From: a virus
Taxonomy: Duplodnaviria; Caudoviricetes
IMG/VR virus record: IMGVR_UViG_3300038464_000015
Location: 1 to 30,607 of that record
Direction: 5' to 3' (one strand)
DNA: 30,607 bases
The notes beneath the pieces are model-generated. The model was not told the origin of the DNA, did not search any database, and worked only from the letters and a program-made list of their open reading frames with translations. Positions 25,518-30,607 of the stretch are shown here, piece after piece. The position numbers and the translations under genes were made by a program. Each line of letters starts with the position of its first letter. The first letter of the stretch is position 1.

Positions 25518-25649
25518 ACGCTTCTCAAATCCAGGGCGCCGACGTTCCCGAAGTCCAGCCGCCGCCCCTCAAGTTCTCCTGAGCGCGGAACTGTACCGCG
25601 TCGGGATGGCTCACTCCACCACAAAGGAATAGGAGCGGGCCGTCAGAGA

Positions 25650-26141
25650 TCATCCCCCGAACGGAAGATCCTCGTCGTACTGCGGTTTGGCCTTCGGTGC
25701 CTGCGGAGCTTTGGGTTTCCCGGCCCGTGCGAGCTTGAGGAAGCCGTCCATCTTCGACGCGATCTGTCGCACGTCGCCAGCCTCCGCCTTCTTCACACCT
25801 CCGCCCGCCGTGGAGTTGAGGAAAGCGACCTTCTCGCGGTCGACCCCGTTGTCGTCCGTCTCCCATGCGCAAACGGCCATGACCTCCACGCCGTTGAAGC
25901 ATGATTCGTTGAGTTCCGCGAACGATTGCCCCTGCCATCCGAGGACCTTCTCCAGGGTCTCGATGGTGCGCTCCTGGGTGGCATCTGTCAGCCAGAGGTC
26001 GCACCAGAGATTCCGGGAAATCTCACCTTCGTGCGGCACGGAGGCCAGCGAGATCTTGACGGAAGGCGTCCCCTTGTTCTTCGAGACGGCGAGCGCGTTG
26101 CCGGTGACCGTGCAGCGGACGTAGTGGTACTTCTCAGACAT
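25650..26141 (-). CDS. Single-stranded DNA-binding protein-like (DUF669-type)
   Basis: Follows Sak4; SKNKGTPSVKI motif; acidic tail YDEDLPF. Confidence 0.7.
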   Translation of the reverse strand: MSEKYHYVRCTVTGNALAVSKNKGTPSVKISLASVPHEGEISRNLWCDLWLTDATQERTIETLEKVLGWQGQSFAELNESCFNGVEVMAVCAWETDDNGVDREKVAFLNSTAGGGVKKAEAGDVRQIASKMDGFLKLARAGKPKAPQAPKAKPQYDEDLPFGG

Positions 26142-26979
26142 TGGATTCTCCCTTGGTTTGCTTGGCCTTTTCGATCTGCGACTTGATGGTTTCGAGTGAC
26201 GGTTTCTTCAAGAGCCAGACGTGGACGGCTTCCCGCTTGTCTTCCGGGGTTTCCGCGATGAGTTCGCCCGTCAAGATTTCGCGCTCCACGGAATCATCCA
26301 CCACGCCGGTCGTCAGCCACGTCTTGAGCTTCTGGCCGACATCCTCGGTCAGCTCGAAGAACCGGCCATCGAACAATCCGGTGCGATCCTTCGAGGTCGA
26401 GGCGGAATGGCTGAAATCCAGATCGAAGACGGATGTAAACTCGAACTCCGATCCATCGCGGGCAATCGGAGCCATGCCGATCTTCCGGGGGACCTTCTTC
26501 CCCTTGTCATTCTCTTCCAGGATATATTCTGTCTTGGCCCGAAGACACGCGATGATGTGCATCTTCGATTGGAGTGAGGCATCCATGACTACCTTCCACT
26601 CCTTCCCGGCTTCGGCCCAATTCGTGTACCCGTTGCCACCCTTCTTGTCCATCGCGTCCTTGAGGGACAGTACGGCCTCCCAGACGTGGGAGTAGCTGTC
26701 CACGATCAATGCATCGTACCCCGCCTTCTCAGCGTCCCGGATGGCTCCCGCGAAGTCGCGAGGAATGTACGGCGGCTCCAGGTTCTGCACGTCGAAGTCG
26801 TGTCGGTCAGCGTAGAGGCTTGCGGAACGATTCTCGGTGTCGATCAAGGCGATCTTGCCGGTCGGACCCACAAGGCCACGGGCGACCCGAAGCGCCCCGG
26901 TGGTCTTGCCGGAACCGCTTGCCCCGGTGATCGCGATCTTGAGGAAGATCGCCTTTTTGGATGCTTTCTGGAAGGCCAT
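26134..26979 (-). CDS. Sak4-like AAA_24 recombinase ATPase
   Basis: GASGSGKT, IALIDTE, LIVDSYSHVW, HIIACLRAK, EFEF, KDRTGLF; flanked by Gp157 and SSB genes. Confidence 0.85.
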   Translation of the reverse strand: MAFQKASKKAIFLKIAITGASGSGKTTGALRVARGLVGPTGKIALIDTENRSASLYADRHDFDVQNLEPPYIPRDFAGAIRDAEKAGYDALIVDSYSHVWEAVLSLKDAMDKKGGNGYTNWAEAGKEWKVVMDASLQSKMHIIACLRAKTEYILEENDKGKKVPRKIGMAPIARDGSEFEFTSVFDLDFSHSASTSKDRTGLFDGRFFELTEDVGQKLKTWLTTGVVDDSVEREILTGELIAETPEDKREAVHVWLLKKPSLETIKSQIEKAKQTKGESNV

Positions 26980-27507
26980 TTATTTGATCCTCAGGGAAGT
27001 GCCGCGCTCACCAAGCTCAGCCACCGCTTGAGCGGCTTCGATGCCCTTGGCGAGATCTTCGCGAATCGCGGCGGTGTTGATCTTGACCTCCGTCACCAGA
27101 TAGGCGACCGGGATGCGTTCCACGTCCTCGGTCAGCATCCGCATGGGCGCGATGCCTCCATTTTTCTGGATAGTGAACGTGTACGGCCCAGCCTCAATCT
27201 TCGTGGTGCCGTTGGTTTCCAGACAGGACTTGGTCCAGTCCTTGAGCCGCTTCGCCTGGTTCTCGATGGCCCTGCGACCCTTCGCGAGCTTTTCCTCTTC
27301 GGCCTTGCGCACGGCGGCGCGGGCTTCAAGTTCGCGGTGTAAGCGCCCGATGCTCTCCAGCTTCGCGGCGAGGTTGCCCTCCGTCTCCTGGAGCCAGCGG
27401 TCGAGGATGCCCTCCTGGTCCACCACCTCGCCGGTATCCGGATCGACGGCGGAGAGCATCAGCTCTTCGAGGGCCTGCGCTTCCTTGGTGAGGTCGAGGA
27501 GGTTCAT
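26980..27507 (-). CDS. Siphovirus Gp157-family protein
   Basis: MNLLDL..DPDTGEV..K.E..K.EE.KL..RR..EN..RLK..IP..YL..KIN..AI.E.L..G..A.L.ERG.SLRIK. Confidence 0.85.
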   Translation of the reverse strand: MNLLDLTKEAQALEELMLSAVDPDTGEVVDQEGILDRWLQETEGNLAAKLESIGRLHRELEARAAVRKAEEEKLAKGRRAIENQAKRLKDWTKSCLETNGTTKIEAGPYTFTIQKNGGIAPMRMLTEDVERIPVAYLVTEVKINTAAIREDLAKGIEAAQAVAELGERGTSLRIK

Positions 27508-27719
27508 TCCCCGCCCCCTTCCGCGCCGGTCCGCTCAGGCTTGATCGTGTGCTCCGAGGCGATGGCGAACGCTTCCTTCGCGGAGACGGCACGGGCCTTG
27601 TAGGACGACCGGACGACGTGCGCGATCGCCGCCGCGCCGCTGGTGGCCTCGATCAGACGCGGGCCAACGGACTCGATTCCGGGGCGCTCGACGAGGTAGA
27701 TGCGTGTTGGGGTGCTCAT
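27504..27719 (-). CDS. Hypothetical 71-aa protein
   Basis: MSTPTRIYLV..RLIEATS.AAAIAHV; ATGA-coupled on both sides. Confidence 0.7.
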   Translation of the reverse strand: MSTPTRIYLVERPGIESVGPRLIEATSGAAAIAHVVRSSYKARAVSAKEAFAIASEHTIKPERTGAEGGGE

Positions 27720-28090
27720 GCTTTGGCCTTTCTGGCTTGGTTCTTCAGGCGCACGATTTCGCGGCCCTGCTTGTTGATGGTGTCCTGAGCTTCGAGAAGG
27801 CGGTCGTACCACGGCCCATTGGATATCGTGCGATGCGATCCGTTGAGCAGGTCCACCGGCTCCCACTTCAGGGGCTTGGGGGTGGGTTTGGCGGGCAGCT
27901 TGACGAACGGACGAGGGCACGCAAATCTGCAAAGATTGATCTCCGAATGATCCGCCAACCAATTCGATCCAGAGACCTTTGGCTGTGCGCAGTTCACGCA
28001 GTCGCATCCCGTGCAATTGGATCTCTCTTTGTCCGTCATGAGGCGATATCCGAGAGATTCCGGTGTTGCGTCCCGCTTCGCCCCGCTCAT
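27716..28090 (-). CDS. Cys-rich hypothetical protein
   Basis: Start MSGAKRD (ATGA overlap); CTGCDCVNC..CRFAC; C-terminal coiled coil. Confidence 0.6.
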   Translation of the reverse strand: MSGAKRDATPESLGYRLMTDKERSNCTGCDCVNCAQPKVSGSNWLADHSEINLCRFACPRPFVKLPAKPTPKPLKWEPVDLLNGSHRTISNGPWYDRLLEAQDTINKQGREIVRLKNQARKAKA

Positions 28091-28254
28091 CGCTTCGCCG
28101 CCGTCTTCTCTGCCTTGGCGACATCGGCAAGCAGGACGCGGCGAACGTACTCCTGTCGCGTCTCCTTGCGCTTCTCGGCCTGCTCGTCGATGCGAGCGTA
28201 GTCGATGTCCTGGAGGATGAGTCCCCATTGGAGCTTGGTTCTGTTGATCGGCAT
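28087..28254 (-). CDS. Ribbon-helix-helix (Arc/CopG-like) regulator, first gene of the leftward operon; absent from the ORF track
   Basis: Hand translation: MPINRTKLQWGLILQDIDYARIDEQAEKRKETRQEYVRRVLLADVAKAEKTAAKR. AAGGAG SD; strand-helix-helix pattern. Confidence 0.7.
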   Translation of the reverse strand: MPINRTKLQWGLILQDIDYARIDEQAEKRKETRQEYVRRVLLADVAKAEKTAAKR

Positions 28255-28290
28255 TTCGTCTCCTTCTGGGCTCGTCCGGCCCGCCAGTAG

Positions 28291-28319
28291 AGTATAGGGC
28301 GAGGGACGACGAAATGCAA
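28291..28319 (-). promoter_or_regulatory. Leftward sigma70-like promoter
   Basis: TTGCAT-17 nt-TATACT with an AT-rich upstream tract. Confidence 0.7.
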
Positions 28320-28377
28320 GGTCCTTGGGCGTTTATTTTCAACTTTCCGAGGCGACGGAATATAAGTTTGAAATAAT

Positions 28378-28406
28378 TTGCTTTCCATCTTTTCCGAGTC
28401 CATATT
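28378..28406 (+). promoter_or_regulatory. Rightward sigma70-like promoter driving the cassette array
   Basis: TTGCTT-17 nt-CATATT with an AT-rich upstream tract. Confidence 0.55.
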
Positions 28407-28461
28407 GTAGAGATCGGGAGGGCGGTCACTCTCCCGGCGTCACATCAACATCGAGGACAAC

Positions 28462-28704
28462 ATGATCCGCATCGACGCCATCTACCAGAACCCAATCACC
28501 GGTGAGACCGAGGAGCGGACGTTCCGGACCAACAATTCTGGCGCATACCTGTTCACGGGCATTTCGGAAAACCGGCAAATCTCCTGCGAGAGCGGATTCC
28601 GGGATGCTCGCCGCATGAAGCGGGCTATCCGCGAATATCTCCGCGCCACTCTCGGTTGCGACAGCGGGAGTCCTGAACTCGGTCGAATCCGCTACCACGC
28701 CTAA
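28462..28704 (+). CDS. Array gene 1, hypothetical 80 aa
   Basis: Starts in the leader repeat and stops in the trailer repeat. Confidence 0.8.
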   Translation: MIRIDAIYQNPITGETEERTFRTNNSGAYLFTGISENRQISCESGFRDARRMKRAIREYLRATLGCDSGSPELGRIRYHA

Positions 28705-28784
28705 CCCTCCGCCCTCCTCCGGGAGGACTACCACCTGCCCCCGGCAACGCGCCGGGCCGGCGTCACATCAACATCGAGGACAAC

Positions 28785-28988
28785 ATGAGCATCCCACGAG
28801 ATCCATACCGCGAATGGTCTTACGCTGACCGCTGCGATGCTTGGCGCAACGCTGAGCACGACGACCGCGAGACCCGCGCTGCCGTACGGCGCTGGGATGA
28901 TGATTCCGAATCTTCTGAGCGCGCCTATCGGTCGTGGCAATCTGGCAGAGACTTCTCCGACCCCGATCCAGACGGGCGATTCCACTAA
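28785..28988 (+). CDS. Array gene 2, 67 aa, D/R/W-rich
   Basis: Bounded by leader and trailer repeats. Confidence 0.75.
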   Translation: MSIPRDPYREWSYADRCDAWRNAEHDDRETRAAVRRWDDDSESSERAYRSWQSGRDFSDPDPDGRFH

Positions 28989-29120
28989 CCCCTCCGCCCT
29001 CCTCCGGGAGGGCTCCCACCTGCCCCCGGCAACGAGCCGGGGAACCCTTGACGGAAGCCCCTCGCTGGGAAACTGGCAGGGCGGTCACTCTCCCGGCGCA
29101 ACTCCAACATCGAGGACAAC

Positions 29121-29435
29121 ATGAGCATCGACTACGCAACCATCCGCGAAACTCTCCAGGCACTCGACGTGGCCCGCGCTCACTACAATCGGATCGCCTC
29201 CACGCAGATTGGCGTGATCTCTGGCGGAATCGACCTCAGCGAGGACGGGCGCGAAATCGACCGCCTCTGCGAAACTGGGTTTGCCTTGGTCGAGGCGGCG
29301 ATCGAGAGCGGTGCTCGCCTGTCGCATCTGGCCGCAGTGATCGCCGAGTATGGCGCGACCCAGGGAATTCAGGACCTCATCCGCAACGCGCAGTCCGAGG
29401 CGGAATACCGTCGCCGTCCCGAGTACTCGCGCTAA
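29121..29435 (+). CDS. Array gene 3, hypothetical 104 aa
   Basis: Bounded by leader and trailer repeats. Confidence 0.8.
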   Translation: MSIDYATIRETLQALDVARAHYNRIASTQIGVISGGIDLSEDGREIDRLCETGFALVEAAIESGARLSHLAAVIAEYGATQGIQDLIRNAQSEAEYRRRPEYSR

Positions 29436-29471
29436 CCCCCTCCGCCCAACATCACAAAATCGAGCGAGGCA

Positions 29472-29684
29472 ATGTCAATCAATCATCGAAATTTTGAACT
29501 AAAAGCGTGGAAAGCTGGCGAGGCTGCTGCCAGAAAATCGCAGCGCATCTCTGGGTTCACTGCATGCAAGCCGAGTGGCGATAGATCTGAATTCGACACA
29601 ATAGCGCAAGCTGTGAAGTATTTGGGGGCTGAGCGGGGGCGCGTTATCCGTAATTCCGATTACGTCAAGGTCTACCAGCAATGA
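29472..29684 (+). CDS. Array gene 4, hypothetical 70 aa
   Basis: GAGG upstream; ATGA-coupled to the methyltransferase. Confidence 0.7.
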   Translation: MSINHRNFELKAWKAGEAAARKSQRISGFTACKPSGDRSEFDTIAQAVKYLGAERGRVIRNSDYVKVYQQ

Positions 29685-30337
29685 ATTTCATTCGATTAGG
29701 CGACGGCATCGCTGCGGCGGTTAATTGCGCAAACAAGTGCGACACGCTGTTGTTCGACCCCCCGTGGGATATGACCGTTCCGCCGCTGCCAGCATTCATG
29801 AATACGCTCGCGTTTTGTGATGGATTTCGCGCTAGAGATATAGTCGCTCGGTTCGGCGCTCCAACATGGGTGTTTACATGGGATTGTGTGTCCAGTTGGT
29901 TTACACCAAATCGACCATTGCGCAGAGCAAAATACTGTTTCGCTTATTTCGATATAAGTAAATGTTCGCCGCGAGCATATCGATTCGGTTCCGCCGGGAA
30001 GCCTCGTGTCGTGTCTAATTCGCGAGGCACGTTTGCGTACGTTCCTGATGGGGAAAAAATGTTTTCTGATGTATATAGTAGCCCGATAACTGCGCGAAAA
30101 ACGAACCATTCACACGCAAAACCTATTGAATGGATAAGCTATTTGATGTCTGTCGTTTCCGCTCGCAACGTATTCGACCCGTTTGCAGGATCTGGTGCGG
30201 CATCGATTGCGGGAATAGATTCCAGCATTCATGTTGTCGCGTACGAAATAAATCCAATAATTAGAGACGAATCGAATCAGCGAATAATGAATCACAAAAA
30301 ACGAGTCGCTCTGGATTTGATTACAATGGATATCTAA
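29681..30337 (+). CDS. DNA amino-methyltransferase (N6A/N4C, beta-class motif order)
   Basis: Catalytic FDPPW near the N-terminus, HSHAKP, and SAM-binding VFDPFAGSG near the C-terminus. Visibly AT-richer than its flanks. Confidence 0.85.
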   Translation: MNFIRLGDGIAAAVNCANKCDTLLFDPPWDMTVPPLPAFMNTLAFCDGFRARDIVARFGAPTWVFTWDCVSSWFTPNRPLRRAKYCFAYFDISKCSPRAYRFGSAGKPRVVSNSRGTFAYVPDGEKMFSDVYSSPITARKTNHSHAKPIEWISYLMSVVSARNVFDPFAGSGAASIAGIDSSIHVVAYEINPIIRDESNQRIMNHKKRVALDLITMDI

Positions 30338-30446
30338 CCCCCTCCGCCCCGCTCGGCAACGCGCCTGGCCGTCCTCGCCTGACGCGGGGGTGACCGCCTC
30401 ACGGGCGGGGCTCTTTGCGCCACCACCAAACACAGAAAGACGAAAA

Positions 30447-30607
30447 ATGGACTGGAACAAATTGACCGACGAGCAGTTCGCCGCGGCCGCGAAGGGCAGG
30501 CCGGGGACCGCGCTGGCGTTCGCCGCCGCACGGCTGACCGACGAGCAGTTCGCCGTGGCCGCGAAGGCCTGGCCGGGGGCCGCGCTGGCGTTCGCCGCCG
30601 CACGGCT
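30447..30607 (+). CDS. Partial 24-aa tandem-repeat protein; absent from the ORF track
   Basis: MDWNK-LTDEQFAAAAKGRPGTALAFAAAR-LTDEQFAVAAKAWPGAALAFAAAR-L; 72-bp DNA units at 30463 and 30535. Confidence 0.75.
   Translation, partial: MDWNKLTDEQFAAAAKGRPGTALAFAAARLTDEQFAVAAKAWPGAALAFAAAR

Larger units (their letters stand above)
28420..29123 (+). repeat. Leader repeat (GGGCGGTCACTCTC)CCGGCG...CAACATCGAGGACAAC-ATG, three copies
   Basis: Copies at 28420-28464, 28757-28787 (3' part only) and 29079-29123. Each supplies the RBS and start codon. Confidence 0.9.
28702..30349 (+). repeat. Trailer repeat TAA-CCC(C)(C)TCCGCCC, four copies, two of them extended to about 55 bp
   Basis: Copies start at 28702, 28986, 29433 and 30335. 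The TAA is the stop codon of the preceding gene in every case. Confidence 0.9.
1..30607. mobile_element. Phage/prophage genome segment with P22-like podovirus morphogenesis genes and lambdoid-type early/replication genes; ends not in window
   Basis: Syntenic TerS-TerL-portal-scaffold-coat-gp4-gp10-ejection-tailspike order, plus rep/DnaC, Bro-N, Sak4 and Gp157. No host housekeeping genes seen. Confidence 0.95.

Noticed and set aside
27504-28429. Long ORFs 27504-28403 and 27716-28429
   Set aside because: They cross the promoter region and the RHH gene; ATGA-coupled shorter starts (27719, 28090) explain the region better.
29048-29076. TTGACG as an internal promoter before array gene 3
   Set aside because: No plausible -10 element at 16-18 nt spacing.
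28420-30350. Repeat array as a CRISPR
   Set aside because: The intervening sequences are whole genes of 200-900 bp, the repeats are of two kinds, and there are no cas genes.
28695-30415. Trailer repeats as integron attC sites (GCCTAAC and ATCTAAC fit RYYYAAC)
   Set aside because: Only two of four copies fit, no matching GTTRRRY core follows any of them, and no integron integrase is in the window.
30334-30603. Minus-strand Arg/Pro repeat ORF
   Set aside because: Antisense of the 72-bp repeat gene starting at 30447.

Overview
The whole window is a GC-rich temperate-type phage or prophage segment with a P22-like (podovirus) virion module. Bases 1-28254 form one long minus-strand run of genes. 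In transcription order: a small RHH regulator, Gp157, Sak4 and SSB recombination genes, an ACP-like gene, DUF6378, DUF1064, a Bro-N/ANT antirepressor, a replication initiator with five internal iterons, a DnaC-like loader, an RNAP alpha-CTD-like protein, TerS, TerL, portal, scaffold, coat, gp4- and gp10-like tail proteins, ejection proteins, two tandem tailspike-like proteins and a truncated signal-peptide protein. A divergent sigma70-like promoter pair at about 28290-28406 also drives a plus-strand array of small genes, each bounded by shared leader and trailer repeats; the array includes an AT-richer DNA methyltransferase cassette and is followed by a 24-aa tandem-repeat protein. No integrase, CI repressor, lysis genes or CRISPR array were recognised. 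The most notable items are (1) an ART-PolyVal-like ADP-ribosyltransferase fused to an apparent copy of an ejection-protein domain, (2) the repeat-bounded cassette array, (3) two apparent host-protein mimics (a Ser-less ACP and an alpha-CTD), and (4) several structured RNAs (C4-like elements, a D-armless tRNA-like element and the coat-gene leader). All family calls come from motif recognition by eye; no searches were run.
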